Shown in pieces: positions 42,661 to 53,257 of a stretch of DNA of 64,000 bases; the stretch's first letter is position 1; each line of letters opens with the position of its first letter. Made by a program: the position numbers and the translations under genes. Source of the stretch: Nitrospirota bacterium (GTDB lineage: Bacteria > Nitrospirota > JACRHJ01); the NCBI GenBank assembly GCA_021784575.1, contig JAJYHX010000001.1:539995-603994 (forward strand), given 5' to 3'. The notes below the pieces were generated by a model, which saw only the letters and a list, made by a program, of their open reading frames with translations, was not told where the DNA came from and searched no databases.

Positions 42661-43869
42661 ATGACCGGGAAAAGGGATTATTACGAGGTCCTTGGAGTCC
42701 CGAAGACCGCGGACGAAAAGGAGATAAAAAAGGCATACAGGAAGCTTGCCCGTAAATTTCACCCGGACGTCAACCCCGGCGACAAGGATGCGGAGCGCAA
42801 GTTCAAGGAAATAGGCGAGGCGTACGACATCCTCTCCGACCCCAAGAAGCGCGGCATGTACGACCAGTTCGGCCACGCGGCCTTCGATCAGGGCCAATCG
42901 GCCGGCTTCAGGCCGGGGGCAGGCGCGGGGCCTGGAGGTTTCCGGTATGAATACAGACCCGGCGGCTTCGGGCCGGAAAACTTCGAGGGCTTTGCCCACG
43001 GAGGCCGGTCTGCCGGTTTCGGCGCGGGGGAATTCGAGGACATGGTCTCCGGCCTGTTTGGAGGCCGTTCTGCCGGCTTCGGGCCTTCCGGGCCTGTGAA
43101 GGGCGAGGATACGTCCACCACGATGGAAGTGGACTTCGAGGACGCCCTTTTCGGGACGACCGCACAGCTTAACCTGCGGCGCGAAGTCCCATGCGCCTCC
43201 TGCGGCGGCACGGGGACACAGCCCGGAACCCGGCCCGGAACCTGCCCGGACTGCGGCGGCGCAGGGCAGACCAAGGCCGGGCGCGGGATGTTCAGCATAA
43301 ACAGGACGTGCCCGCGCTGCGGCGGCAGCGGCAAGGTGCAGGAGCCTTGCCGGACGTGCGGCGGCAGCGGCTATGTCCCGAAGACGGAGAACCTTACGGT
43401 AAAGATACCGCCGGGAGTGGACGATGGCTCGAAAGTCCGGCTCCCCGGCATGGGCGGCCCCGGCATGAACGGCGGCCCTCCGGGCGATTTGTATATCATA
43501 ACCAGGGTCCGCCGGCATCCGTATTTTGAAAGGCGCGGCGACGACCTCTACAGCGAAATACCAATAACTTTTTCCGAGGCCGCGCTGGGCGCAAAGGTTG
43601 ACGTGCCCACGAGGGACGGGATTGTAACCATGACCATCCCGCCGGGGACGCAGTCCGGCCAGGAATTCCGCCTGCGTGGAAAGGGCGCGCCTCGCCTCGG
43701 CAAGACGGGCTCCGGAGACCATTACGTCCGGGTGAAGGTGGCTGTGCCGTCTTCCTTGAGCGAGCAGGCGAAATCGGCCCTCATGGATTTTGTGAGGCAT
43801 AATCCGCAGAACCCGCGCGCAGGCATCGGCTTCGGCGGGTTCAGGCGCGGCGGGAGGGGCGCGGCATGA
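42661..43869 (+). CDS. dnaJ: DnaJ-class molecular chaperone
   Basis: J domain with HPD ([19 protein letters not shown]), a G/F region and four CxxCxGxG zinc-finger motifs. Confidence 0.9.
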   Translation: MTGKRDYYEVLGVPKTADEKEIKKAYRKLARKFHPDVNPGDKDAERKFKEIGEAYDILSDPKKRGMYDQFGHAAFDQGQSAGFRPGAGAGPGGFRYEYRPGGFGPENFEGFAHGGRSAGFGAGEFEDMVSGLFGGRSAGFGPSGPVKGEDTSTTMEVDFEDALFGTTAQLNLRREVPCASCGGTGTQPGTRPGTCPDCGGAGQTKAGRGMFSINRTCPRCGGSGKVQEPCRTCGGSGYVPKTENLTVKIPPGVDDGSKVRLPGMGGPGMNGGPPGDLYIITRVRRHPYFERRGDDLYSEIPITFSEAALGAKVDVPTRDGIVTMTIPPGTQSGQEFRLRGKGAPRLGKTGSGDHYVRVKVAVPSSLSEQAKSALMDFVRHNPQNPRAGIGFGGFRRGGRGAA

Positions 43870-44252
43870 CAAGAAAACAGACCGCCGTATACATGATAAG
43901 CGTCGTCTCCGAGATGCTCGGTGTGCACCCGCAGACGCTTAGGCTCTATGAGCGCGAGGGTTTCGTGCATCCCTCGCGGCGCGCCGGCGTAAGGATATAT
44001 TCCGAGGATGACGTTGAGCGCATCCGGGCGATAATTAATCTTACCCGCGACATGGGCGTGAACCTCGCGGGCGTCGAGGTCATACTCTCGATGCGCGAGA
44101 GGATGCAGAAGCTCCAGGACGAAATGGAGCACATGATGTTCGAGATGCGCGAGGAGTTCATGCGGGAGCTTTCGCGCCGCGAGGCGGAGATGAAACACCC
44201 CCTGGCCAAGGTGCCCGAGGGGAAGATTATAAAAGTGAGGAAGATGCGGTAA
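43866..44252 (+). CDS. hspR: MerR-family heat-shock repressor, HspR-like
   Basis: 128 aa with the MerR HTH ([30 protein letters not shown]). It sits between dnaJ and clpB, as in HspR regulons. Confidence 0.75.
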   Translation: MTRKQTAVYMISVVSEMLGVHPQTLRLYEREGFVHPSRRAGVRIYSEDDVERIRAIINLTRDMGVNLAGVEVILSMRERMQKLQDEMEHMMFEMREEFMRELSRREAEMKHPLAKVPEGKIIKVRKMR

Positions 44253-44257
44253 TCAAC

Positions 44258-44313
44258 CTGTCATTCTGAGCGGAGCGAAAAGTCCGGGGCAGTCGAAGGG
44301 TTCAGAATGACAG
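44258..44313. repeat. 12-bp-stem hairpin containing REP-like element family 2 (TGTCATTCTGAGCG...)
   Basis: CTGTCATTCTGA (44258-44269) pairs with TCAGAATGACAG (44302-44313). The left arm plus loop matches 63878-63903 at 23 of 26 nt. Confidence 0.6.
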
Positions 44314-44334
44314 TAAATGTTGGTCGGAGGTTTT

Positions 44335-46944
44335 ATGCGGCTCGATAAATTCACGGTAAAGGCGCAGGAGGCCATGCTTGCCGCGCAGGACGAGGCGGGC
44401 AGGCGCGGGCATCAGCAGGTGGACGCGGAGCATCTGCTGCTGGCCCTCCTTAGGCAGGAAGAAGGTGTTGTGCCGCCGATACTCAAGAGACTCGGTGCGG
44501 ACGTGAAGGCGCTTGAAGGCGGAGTAATCTCGGAGCTTGAGCGGATGCCGAAAGTCGAAGGCTCCAGCGCGATGGGGCAGGTATACGTTACGCAAGGGCT
44601 GAACGGGATTCTTGAGCGCGCGGCGCGCGAGATGGACGGCCTGAAGGACGAGTACGTCTCGACGGAACACCTGCTCCTTGCAATGGCGGAAGACGACGGC
44701 GCGGCGGGCAGACTCCTTAAAGGCGCCGGCGCAAAGAGGGACGGAATACTAAGGGCGTTGAAGGAAATCCGGGGTTCCGAGCGTGTTACCGACCAGAACC
44801 CGGAAGGGAAGTATGAGGCGCTTGCGAAATACGGCAGGGACTTGACAGACCTTGCGCGGAGAGGGAAGCTCGACCCGGTGATAGGCCGGGACGAGGAGGT
44901 GCGCCGGGTTATACAGGTGCTCTCCCGCAGGACGAAGAACAACCCCGTCCTGATAGGCGAGCCGGGCGTCGGCAAGACCGCGATTGTCGAGGGCCTCGCC
45001 CAGAGGATAATCGCCGGAGACGTGCCGGAGGGCCTGAAGGACAAGCGCGTTGTCGCGCTCGACATGGGCGCGCTTATCGCCGGGGCGAAGTTCCGGGGCG
45101 AGTTCGAGGACAGGCTGAAAGCCGTCCTGAAGGCCGTGGAGGAATCCCAGGGGAGGATTGTTCTTTTTATCGACGAGATGCATACGCTTGTCGGAGCGGG
45201 CGCGGCGGAAGGCGCGGTGGACGCCTCTAACATGCTGAAACCCGCCCTTGCCAGGGGAGAGCTTCGGTGCGTCGGCGCGACGACCATAGACGAATACAGG
45301 AAGCACATAGAGAAAGACCCGGCCCTTGAGCGGCGCTTCCAGCCGGTGATGGTGCAGGAGCCGGACGTTGATGATACCATCTCGATACTCAGGGGCCTGA
45401 AGGAGCGCTACGAAGTCCACCACGGCGTGCGCATAAAGGATTCCGCGCTCATAGCGGCGGCGATGCTTTCCAACCGCTACATAACCGACCGCTTCCTGCC
45501 GGACAAGGCCATAGACTTAATCGACGAGGCGGCGTCCAGGCTCCGCATGGAGATAGACTCCATGCCCACGGAGCTCGACGAGCTCGACAGGACGATAAGA
45601 CGGCTCCAGATAGAGCGGCAGGCGGTAAAAAAGGAAAAAGACCAGGCGTCGAAGGAGCGGCTAAGCGGCATAGAGAAGGAGATTTCCGGGCTTTCCGAGA
45701 AGCGCTCCGGGCTTCATGCCCGGTGGATGAACGAGAAAGATGCAATCAAAAGAATACGCGGGCTCAAGGAGAAGCTGGAGCAGGCCAAAAGCGATGCGGA
45801 GCGCGCAGAGCGGGAGGGGAACCTGGGCCGCGCGGCGGAGCTTCGCTACGGGACTATCGTGGAGCTGGACAAGGGTCTTCAGAGGCAGAACGAGGCGCTG
45901 GCGGCTCTCCAGGAGCAAGGGACTCTTCTGAAGGAAGAAGTCGATGAGGAGGACATAGCCAGGATTGTCTCGAAGTGGACGGGCGTGCCGGTATCGAAAA
46001 TGCTTGAAGGCGAGGCGGCAAAGCTCACGAGGATGGAAGAGCGGCTTCGTGAGAGGATTGTCGGGCAGGAGGAGGCTGTCGCCGCCGTGTCGGACGCCGT
46101 GCGCCGGGCGAGGGCGGGGATACAGGACCCCGGGAGGCCGATTGGCTCGTTCATATTCCTTGGGCCGACGGGCGTCGGCAAGACGGAGCTTGCGCGCGCG
46201 CTGGCCGAGTTCCTTTTCGACGACGAGAAGGCGATGGTCAGGATAGACATGTCCGAGTATCAGGAGAAGCATACCGTGTCGAGGCTTATCGGCGCGCCTC
46301 CGGGATACGTGGGTTTCGAGGAGGGCGGCCAGCTGACGGAGGCGGTGCGCAGGAGGCCCTATTCCGTCATACTCTTCGACGAGATAGAGAAGGCGCACCC
46401 GGAGGTGTTCAACGTGCTGTTGCAGCTTCTCGAGGACGGCCGGCTCACGGACGGGCACGGGCGCACGGTTGACTGCAGGAACACCGTCGTCATCATGACC
46501 TCCAACATCGGGGGAAGCATCATACAGGAGGCGAAGACCGAGGACGAGATGCGAAGGCTTGTATCAGATGCCCTGAAGGGCCATTTCAAGCCGGAGTTCT
46601 TAAACCGCATAGACGACATAATAATATTCCACCCGCTCTCCGGGGAGCAGTTGAAAAGGATAGTGGACATTCAGCTTGGGCTCCTCCAGAGGCATATCGC
46701 CCAGAAGAAGCTGAACATAGTATTGACCCCGGCGGCAAGGGAGATGCTTGTGACGATGGGATACGACCCGGCATACGGCGCAAGGCCGCTTAAACGCGCC
46801 ATCCAGAGGGAGATACTGAACCCGCTCGCCATGAAGATACTCGAGGGGCAGTTCAAGGAGGGCGATACGGTGCAGGCGGACTTTGAAGGCGGGCGGCTCG
46901 CCTTCCGCCGGATGTCCGAGGCCGGGGCGGCGCCTTTATCTTGA
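44335..46944 (+). CDS. clpB: ATP-dependent chaperone ClpB
   Basis: Trimmed to the ATG at 44335 after GGAGG. It has a Clp N domain, two AAA+ modules ([18 protein letters not shown]) and a long coiled-coil middle domain. Confidence 0.95.
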   Translation: MRLDKFTVKAQEAMLAAQDEAGRRGHQQVDAEHLLLALLRQEEGVVPPILKRLGADVKALEGGVISELERMPKVEGSSAMGQVYVTQGLNGILERAAREMDGLKDEYVSTEHLLLAMAEDDGAAGRLLKGAGAKRDGILRALKEIRGSERVTDQNPEGKYEALAKYGRDLTDLARRGKLDPVIGRDEEVRRVIQVLSRRTKNNPVLIGEPGVGKTAIVEGLAQRIIAGDVPEGLKDKRVVALDMGALIAGAKFRGEFEDRLKAVLKAVEESQGRIVLFIDEMHTLVGAGAAEGAVDASNMLKPALARGELRCVGATTIDEYRKHIEKDPALERRFQPVMVQEPDVDDTISILRGLKERYEVHHGVRIKDSALIAAAMLSNRYITDRFLPDKAIDLIDEAASRLRMEIDSMPTELDELDRTIRRLQIERQAVKKEKDQASKERLSGIEKEISGLSEKRSGLHARWMNEKDAIKRIRGLKEKLEQAKSDAERAEREGNLGRAAELRYGTIVELDKGLQRQNEALAALQEQGTLLKEEVDEEDIARIVSKWTGVPVSKMLEGEAAKLTRMEERLRERIVGQEEAVAAVSDAVRRARAGIQDPGRPIGSFIFLGPTGVGKTELARALAEFLFDDEKAMVRIDMSEYQEKHTVSRLIGAPPGYVGFEEGGQLTEAVRRRPYSVILFDEIEKAHPEVFNVLLQLLEDGRLTDGHGRTVDCRNTVVIMTSNIGGSIIQEAKTEDEMRRLVSDALKGHFKPEFLNRIDDIIIFHPLSGEQLKRIVDIQLGLLQRHIAQKKLNIVLTPAAREMLVTMGYDPAYGARPLKRAIQREILNPLAMKILEGQFKEGDTVQADFEGGRLAFRRMSEAGAAPLS

Positions 46945-47002
46945 ATTTTCGCGCCGGAAATGATACAAATACAATAGAATACGGTTAGCTTGGAGGCAGG
47001 TT

Positions 47003-47521
47003 TTGGCTGTTCTTGAAATAAGAAAATATCCCGACCCCGCTCTCCGGAGGAAATCGAGGCCGGTGCCCGAAATAACCCCGGAAATCCGGGAGCTTATAGA
47101 CGACATGATAGAGACCATGTACGCGGCGCCGGGTGTGGGGCTGGCCGCTCCGCAGGTGGGTATACCGCTCAGGCTCGCGGTTATCGACGTGTCCACTAAG
47201 GACGAGAAGTCTCCGCTCCTGGTGCTTGTGAATCCGGAAATAATCTCCACGGAAGGCGAACTGAACGAGGAAGAAGGGTGTCTGAGCGTAAAGGACTTCC
47301 AGTCCGTCGTTACCCGCTTTGCCAGGGTCCGCGTCAGGGCTATTGACAGGGACGGCAAGCCCTACGAGGCGGAAGGCGAAGGACTTCTTGCCCGCGCCTT
47401 CCAGCACGAGATAGACCACTTAAACGGCGTGCTGTTCATAGACCGTATAAGCCCACTGAAACGCAATCTGTTCAAGCGACGGGTCAGGAAAAACCTGAAA
47501 GAAGACAAGGCGGCCATTTGA
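47003..47521 (+). CDS. def: peptide deformylase
   Basis: TTG start after GGAGG, with the motifs GVGLAAPQ, EGCLS and QHEIDHLNG. Confidence 0.9.
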   Translation: MAVLEIRKYPDPALRRKSRPVPEITPEIRELIDDMIETMYAAPGVGLAAPQVGIPLRLAVIDVSTKDEKSPLLVLVNPEIISTEGELNEEEGCLSVKDFQSVVTRFARVRVRAIDRDGKPYEAEGEGLLARAFQHEIDHLNGVLFIDRISPLKRNLFKRRVRKNLKEDKAAI

Positions 47522-48456
47522 GAATAGTCTTCATGGGGACGCCCGGCTTCGCCGTGCCTGCGCTTCGCGCCCTTGTGAAGGCGGGGCATGAAATCCCGCT
47601 CGTGGTAACCCGGCCGGACAGGCCGAAGGGCCGGAGCAAAAAGCCAGTCCCGCCGCCGGTGAAGGAACTGGCCGTCTCCCTTGGTCTCCCGGTCTTTCAG
47701 CCGGAAAGAGTAAGGACTCCGGAGGCGATGGAGGAAATAAGGAAGCGCCGCCCGGACGCGCTTGTCGTGGCCGCATTCGGACAGATACTCCCGGGGGCCC
47801 TCCTCGACGTCCCAAGGCTCGGCTGTTTCAATGTCCACGCATCGCTCCTCCCGGCATACAGGGGGGCCGCGCCGATTAACTGGGCAATAATAAACGGCGG
47901 CGATATGACCGGAATAACCATCATGCTGATGGACGAGGGGATGGATACGGGGGCTATACTGACGTCCGAAGAAGAGCCGATACTGCCGGAAGACACCGCG
48001 GGGACGCTGACGGAGAGGCTTTCGCATATTGGGGCCGGATTGATTGTGAAGGCCCTTGCCGAGTTCGAGGCGGGGCGGATAAAACCGATAAGCCAGGACG
48101 GCTCGCGGGCGACATATGCGCCCATACTTAAAAAAGAAACGGGAAAGATCGACTGGAGCAAATCCGCGCGGGAGATTGAAAGAATGGTTCGCGGGCTTGA
48201 CCCCTGGCCCGGCGCGTATACATACCGGGCGGGCAGGTTGCTGAGGATCTGGAAGACGGGGGCTTCGCCCTCTCCACGGCCATCCGCCACCAGGGGAGAG
48301 GGTGAGGTTATCTCCGCCGATAAGAGCGGCATAGTCGCCGCCGCCGGGGAAGGCGCGGTTATTATTCATGAGCTTCAGCCGGAGGGCGGGCGCAGGATGA
48401 AGGCGTCCGAATACCTCGCGGGACATAAAATATCGCCGGGCGAGCGTTTGGGATGA
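47518..48456 (+). CDS. fmt: methionyl-tRNA formyltransferase
   Basis: TTG start overlapping the def stop, with the motifs RIVFMGTPGFA and NVHASLLPAYRGAAPINWAI. Confidence 0.9.
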   Translation: MRIVFMGTPGFAVPALRALVKAGHEIPLVVTRPDRPKGRSKKPVPPPVKELAVSLGLPVFQPERVRTPEAMEEIRKRRPDALVVAAFGQILPGALLDVPRLGCFNVHASLLPAYRGAAPINWAIINGGDMTGITIMLMDEGMDTGAILTSEEEPILPEDTAGTLTERLSHIGAGLIVKALAEFEAGRIKPISQDGSRATYAPILKKETGKIDWSKSAREIERMVRGLDPWPGAYTYRAGRLLRIWKTGASPSPRPSATRGEGEVISADKSGIVAAAGEGAVIIHELQPEGGRRMKASEYLAGHKISPGERLG

Positions 48457-49214
48457 AAGAGCCGAAGAAGCGCGTATTCATTGTTCTTCTCTTTATAACG
48501 ATGGGCCTGCTCTCGGGGGCGGGCTGGCTTTTGTGGTATATCCCGCAGGTGGGCCTCAGGAACATAAATCCCTTCCTCCCGGTTGTCCTGACGGTGATTA
48601 TCTTCGGCGCTATCGGCGTCGTGGCCTTCGGAGTTTTCCTCCTCATCCTCACGCTTATCAGGGGGCACGAGATATTCCTGGCCCAGCGCCTGAGGTTCGT
48701 GGTTATAAAAGTGCTCTTCCCCATGATGGTCCTTGTCGGGAAGCTCCTTGGCATCTCGCGGGACAGGGTGCAACAGTCCTTCATAGCCGTCAATAACCAG
48801 CTCGTCCGCTCGAACGTGGGGAAGGTCAGGCCGGACAGGCTGCTGATACTCCTGCCGCACTGCATACAGATAAACGAGTGCAACATAAAGATAACCGGCG
48901 ACGTGCACAGGTGCAAGGGCTGCGGGAAGTGCGAGATTAAGGAGCTTGTCGCCATTGCCGACAAATACAGCGTAGACCTCTCCGTCGCCACGGGCGGGAC
49001 GCTGGCCAGGAGGATAATCAGGGACAAGCGCCCGAAGGCCATAATAGCCGTCGCATGCGAGAGGGACCTGACGAGCGGCATAGTGGACAGCTATCCGCTG
49101 CCCGTGATAGGTATACTGAACGACCGCCCGTTCGGGCCGTGCATGAACACGCGCGTGGACATGAACGATGTGAAGGAGGCGCTCGAAACCTTCATTTCGC
49201 CCGCCAATGCGTAG
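48453..49214 (+). CDS. DUF116-family membrane protein
   Basis: 253 aa with N-terminal TM helices and a Cys-rich core (LLPHCIQINECNIKITGDVHRCKGCGKCEI...IAVACERDL). Its position between fmt and rsmB is typical. Confidence 0.65.
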   Translation: MKEPKKRVFIVLLFITMGLLSGAGWLLWYIPQVGLRNINPFLPVVLTVIIFGAIGVVAFGVFLLILTLIRGHEIFLAQRLRFVVIKVLFPMMVLVGKLLGISRDRVQQSFIAVNNQLVRSNVGKVRPDRLLILLPHCIQINECNIKITGDVHRCKGCGKCEIKELVAIADKYSVDLSVATGGTLARRIIRDKRPKAIIAVACERDLTSGIVDSYPLPVIGILNDRPFGPCMNTRVDMNDVKEALETFISPANA

Positions 49215-50676
49215 CGCGCGCGACGCCGCTCTATATGTCATCTCCCGCGTGCCCCCGGCGCGCGCCGAAACCCTGCTCAAGGAATCTTTCCGTAAATACT
49301 CCCTCGACAGCCGGGACAGGCGCCTTGTGACAGAGCTTGTCTACGGCGTCATAAGAAACCTTATAACGCTCGACCATTCCCTCTCGTTCTACATAAAACA
49401 GCCTAAAAAAGTCCGGCCGGAGGCGCGCAATATCCTGAGGCTTGCGGCCTACCAGATACTTTACCTGGACAAAATCCCCCCGCGCGCGGCTGTGGACGAG
49501 GCGGTGGAGCAGGCCAAAGGTGTGGCGGGAAAGTGCATGACCGGATATGGTCATGTCCGAAGCCGGTCTACCGGCTCGACCGGCCCCCGGCTCGCCGCCG
49601 CCGGTTTCGTTAACGCCGTGCTCCGGAACATGCTGAGGGCACCGGAGAAGGTTATATTCCCATGCCCGGAGAAAAGTCCTCTCGATTACCTTTCCCTGAA
49701 GCTCTCGTACCCGAAGTGGCTTGTCGAGCGCTGGACGGGGCGTTTCGGCTTTGAAGGCGCGAAGGCCCTCATGGAGGCCGGGAACGATGTCCCGCCGCTC
49801 GTTTTAAGGGTTGACAGCCGCCGCCCGCGAGACGAGTTGATTAGACTTTTCAAAGAAGGCGGGATTGAGGCGGAGCCTGGAAGATACGCTCCGGACGCGC
49901 TTGTCGTGCGCTCGCGCAGGCCAGTTACGGAGCTTCCGGGATATGACGAAGGGCTGTTTTCCGTGCAGGACGAGGCGGCGCAGCTCGTGTCGCTCCTCGC
50001 CGCCCCGGAACCGGGCGAGGTTATCCTCGACGCCTGCGCCGCGCCCGGCGGCAAGAGCGCGCACCTCTCGTCCATTTCCGGCGGACTTGCCCGTATAGTT
50101 TCAATGGACATCTCCCTTGACAAACTCGCGGTTCTGAAAGAAAATAGTCTGCGGCTCAAAACGCCGGACATATTTTCCGTCGCTGCGGACGCGGCGGGTG
50201 AGTTGCCCTTCAAGGGGAAGGCCGCCGGTTTTGTCCATGCCGGGGCAGGCTCCGGTCGGGCGGGGGCCGGGGGTTGGTCCGGGTTCGACCGCATACTCCT
50301 CGACGCGCCCTGCACCGCGCTCGGCATAGTCCGGCGGCGGCCTGAGATAAAATATGCAAGGGGGCCCGCGGACATCGCGCGGATGGCCGTGATGCAGTTA
50401 TCGATGATCGAGAACGTCTCCGGGCTTCTGAAGCCGGGCGGGACGCTGGTATATTCCGTCTGTTCCACGGAGCCCGAGGAAGGCGAGGGCGTCGTGGGAA
50501 GATTCCTCTCGCGCCATGCGGAGTTCAGGCTCGACGACCCGCGCCCGTTTCTGCCTCAGCCGGTTGACCGGCCCGGCGGCGCGGCGCATGGTTTGGTTAT
50601 GGATAATTTCATCCGGACGTTCCCGCACCTGCACGGGACGGACGGGTTTTTCATGGCAAGGATGATGCGCCGGTGA
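49207..50676 (+). CDS. rsmB: 16S rRNA (cytosine967-C5)-methyltransferase
   Basis: N-terminal NusB-like domain, the SAM motif DACAAPGGKS, and the catalytic contexts LLDAPCTALG and LVYSVCS. Confidence 0.85.
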   Translation: MRSARDAALYVISRVPPARAETLLKESFRKYSLDSRDRRLVTELVYGVIRNLITLDHSLSFYIKQPKKVRPEARNILRLAAYQILYLDKIPPRAAVDEAVEQAKGVAGKCMTGYGHVRSRSTGSTGPRLAAAGFVNAVLRNMLRAPEKVIFPCPEKSPLDYLSLKLSYPKWLVERWTGRFGFEGAKALMEAGNDVPPLVLRVDSRRPRDELIRLFKEGGIEAEPGRYAPDALVVRSRRPVTELPGYDEGLFSVQDEAAQLVSLLAAPEPGEVILDACAAPGGKSAHLSSISGGLARIVSMDISLDKLAVLKENSLRLKTPDIFSVAADAAGELPFKGKAAGFVHAGAGSGRAGAGGWSGFDRILLDAPCTALGIVRRRPEIKYARGPADIARMAVMQLSMIENVSGLLKPGGTLVYSVCSTEPEEGEGVVGRFLSRHAEFRLDDPRPFLPQPVDRPGGAAHGLVMDNFIRTFPHLHGTDGFFMARMMRR

Positions 50677-51467
50677 CGATGAAAAAATTCTTTCAGATTA
50701 TGCTTGCCGCGCTGGTGTTTTTTGGTCTGGCGATGGTCTCGGCGTTCATAACCATGAAGGCCGTGACATGGAGCCGGACCGTGGCCGTTCCCGATGTGCG
50801 GGACATGAGCCTGCCCGTGGCCATAAACCTCATAAGGAACGCCGGGCTTAACATAAAGGTGGAGCGCGAGGAGCACCATCCGACCGTGCCGCAGAACTAC
50901 ATCGTCGGCCAGAACCCCGCGCCGGGCGAGCGCGTGAAGAGCGGCAGGGACGTCATGGTCGTCGTGAGCCTCGGCTCGCAGGAAGTGACGGTGCCGCAGG
51001 TGACTGGCGAGGTGTTCCGGCTTGCGCAGGTTACGCTCAGGCAGGCCGGGCTGAACCTTGGCGAGACGGCGCGGGTCAGCTCGCCGTCTCCTGTCGATTC
51101 GGTGATTTTGCAGTCCCCGACGCAGGGAACCGTGGTGCAGAAGGATTCCGCGGTGGATATGCTCGTGAGCGGCGGCAGGGAGGCGGTTCGTTACGTAACG
51201 CCGGATTTGAGGGGAATGACGCTTCCGCAGGCCGGAGACGCGGTGAGGCCGATGGGCGGGAAAGTGCTTTATTCCGGGAAGGGCGCCGTGATTGCGTATC
51301 AGCAGCCGAAGGCCGGGTTCCGGCTGCCCGCGAACGGGCAGATAATCGTCGCGCTCGGCGCGCCCAGGCCGGGCAAGGTTCCCGCGCCGCAAAAGCCGAC
51401 GCCGGGCAGCCAGGGGCCGGGAACCGGTGTTCAGGGGCCGGAGACAACGCCCCAAATCCCTAATTAA
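50673..51467 (+). CDS. membrane-anchored PASTA-domain protein (no kinase or PBP domain)
   Basis: GTG at 50673 or ATG at 50679. It has an N-terminal TM helix, three PASTA-like units (VPDVRDMSL..., VPQVTGEVF..., TPDLRGMTL...) and a Pro/Gly-rich tail. Confidence 0.7.
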   Translation: MTMKKFFQIMLAALVFFGLAMVSAFITMKAVTWSRTVAVPDVRDMSLPVAINLIRNAGLNIKVEREEHHPTVPQNYIVGQNPAPGERVKSGRDVMVVVSLGSQEVTVPQVTGEVFRLAQVTLRQAGLNLGETARVSSPSPVDSVILQSPTQGTVVQKDSAVDMLVSGGREAVRYVTPDLRGMTLPQAGDAVRPMGGKVLYSGKGAVIAYQQPKAGFRLPANGQIIVALGAPRPGKVPAPQKPTPGSQGPGTGVQGPETTPQIPN

Positions 51468-51484
51468 TCAAGGAGGTTATACAC

Positions 51485-52153
51485 GTGATAAGTATTGCGC
51501 CGTCCATACTTTCAGCGGATTTCGGTAGGCTTGCGGAAGAGATAAAGGCGGTCGAGAAGGCGGGGGCGGACATCATACATGTGGACGTGATGGACGGGCG
51601 GTTTGTCCCGAATATCACCATCGGACCGAAGGTGGTCCAGGCGGCGAGGAAGGCCACGTCGCTCCCCATAGACGTCCACCTGATGATAGTGGAACCGGAG
51701 AGATTTATTCATGATTTTGCACATGCCGGGGCGGATTACCTTACCGTCCACGCCGAGGCCTCCGTGCATTTAAACCGCACCCTCGCGGCCATACGCGAGC
51801 AGGGGGTGAAGGCCGGAGTCGCGCTTAACCCCTCGACATCGTTGAGTTCTCTGGACTGGGTCTGGGAGTATATCGACCTGCTTCTGATAATGTCGGTAAA
51901 CCCCGGTTTCGGCGGGCAGGAGTTCATCCCGAACTGCATGGACAAGCTCTCCGGAGCCAGGGTGGAAATAGACATGAGGGGCCTGGACGCGCTGCTGGAG
52001 GTGGACGGCGGGATAAAGGTGTCCAATGCGAAGGAAGCGGCCCTCGCAGGCGCGGATATACTCGTCGCCGGGAGCGCGATATTCGGCGCAACCGATTATA
52101 AAAAAACGATAAAACAGTTTAAGAACGCGGTCAAGGGCGTGCGCGAGGAGTAG
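51485..52153 (+). CDS. rpe: ribulose-phosphate 3-epimerase
   Basis: GTG start after AAGGAGG, with the motifs IAPSILSADF, HVDVMDGRFVPN and MSVNPGFGGQ. Confidence 0.9.
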   Translation: MISIAPSILSADFGRLAEEIKAVEKAGADIIHVDVMDGRFVPNITIGPKVVQAARKATSLPIDVHLMIVEPERFIHDFAHAGADYLTVHAEASVHLNRTLAAIREQGVKAGVALNPSTSLSSLDWVWEYIDLLLIMSVNPGFGGQEFIPNCMDKLSGARVEIDMRGLDALLEVDGGIKVSNAKEAALAGADILVAGSAIFGATDYKKTIKQFKNAVKGVREE

Positions 52154-52467
52154 CCGCCTCCTCCGATGAACCGGGCCTGTCCCGAGCCCGTTTTGCTCGG
52201 AAATCGCACTGTTCCCGTTCCCTTTTTTTTGCCCGGAAATACTCCTTCCCCGCACCCCGTTTTTGGCCAGAAATTGCCCCAAAACGGCCCGTTTTCGAGC
52301 CGCTTTCGATGCCGCCCGAAAAACTCTATTTTAACTTATTTTTTCTTTAATAATCAGTTTGTTGTGTAGTTAATCCGGAATAACCACTAACAATGAATTT
52401 CGCCTACCGATGAGGATTGCTCAAGGGCGTTCAGGTCGAAGTATTAGTAAATAGCATCGCCATTCAT

Positions 52468-52702
52468 CCCCCTCTTAAGATAAGAGGGGGAACGAGGGGG
52501 CGTTATGACAACCGTGGATGGCGGCGAACCCTCTCCCGGCCTGTGGCCACCCTCTCCCATGAAAGGGCGAGGGATGAACTGTCTTTACCCTCCCCCGCCA
52601 CTGGGGGAGGGAGAACCGGCTCCTGCCGGTGGGAGAGGGCTGACTTTCGAGCGCCGGCGGGAGAGGGCTGAGGGGCGGGCGCAAGTGAACTCGCGCCCCT
52701 AC
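52468..52702. repeat. cluster of G/C-rich REP-like hairpins (nested palindromes)
   Basis: There are three hairpin sets: CCCCCTCTTA-AGA-TAAGAGGGGG (52468-52490); CCCTCCCCC-GCCACT-GGGGGAGGG (52588-52611); and CCCTCTCCC(GGC) copies at 52529 and 52550 facing GCCGG.GGGAGAGGG copies at 52625 and 52653. A family-1 element lies at 52677-52702. Confidence 0.6.
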
Positions 52703-52780
52703 GATACTGGCAGCAGGCACGGAAATGGCTGGCGTTACGCCCCATATCAGGACATATTACAAACAATCATTCGGCTTTCC

Positions 52781-52809
52781 TTGACGGCCTTCGGGCCCTG
52801 TGTTATATT
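52781..52809 (+). promoter_or_regulatory. sigma-70-type promoter of the CheY-like regulator gene
   Basis: TTGACG (52781-52786), a 17-nt spacer, then TATATT (52804-52809). Confidence 0.5.
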
Positions 52810-52844
52810 CTAAGAAATCTAAAAATTTCGAGGGGGTATAAGTT

Positions 52845-53240
52845 TTGGAGAGTATTGGACTAACGGCTTCCATTCTCGTGGTTGACGACGAGGAAAACGC
52901 GCGCGAAGGTTTATCTAAGATCCTTTCCAAGGAAGGCTACCGGGTCGAAACCGCTGCAAACGGCAAAGAGGCGATAGACACTTTGAAGCGTCAGCGTTAC
53001 GACCTTGTCATAACCGACATGCGCATGCCGCTCATGGACGGATTCGAGGTCCTGCGCGAGATCAAGAAAATGGACGAAAACACAGGAGTAATAATGATTA
53101 CCGCCTATGGCGAGGTGGAGTCGTATCTCGAAGCCATGAACATGGGCGTATTCGAGTACATCAACAAACCTGTGCGCGTCAACGAGCTGAAAAGGGTAAT
53201 ATCCAAAATCCTGGAAGCACGGCTTAAAAAGCCCGCCTGA
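52845..53240 (+). CDS. single-domain response regulator (CheY-like receiver)
   Basis: TTG start after GAGGGGG, with the motifs ILVVDDEENA, DLVITDMRMPLMDG and ITAYG. Confidence 0.85.
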   Translation: MESIGLTASILVVDDEENAREGLSKILSKEGYRVETAANGKEAIDTLKRQRYDLVITDMRMPLMDGFEVLREIKKMDENTGVIMITAYGEVESYLEAMNMGVFEYINKPVRVNELKRVISKILEARLKKPA

Positions 53241-53257
53241 CGAACCTCTACTTTCGC

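Noticed and set aside
52191-52274. Regularly spaced (about 35 nt) direct repeats considered as a degenerate CRISPR array.
   Set aside because: The repeated unit is only about 14 nt with mismatches, there are only 3-4 copies, no cas genes are in the window, and the intervening segments also resemble each other.
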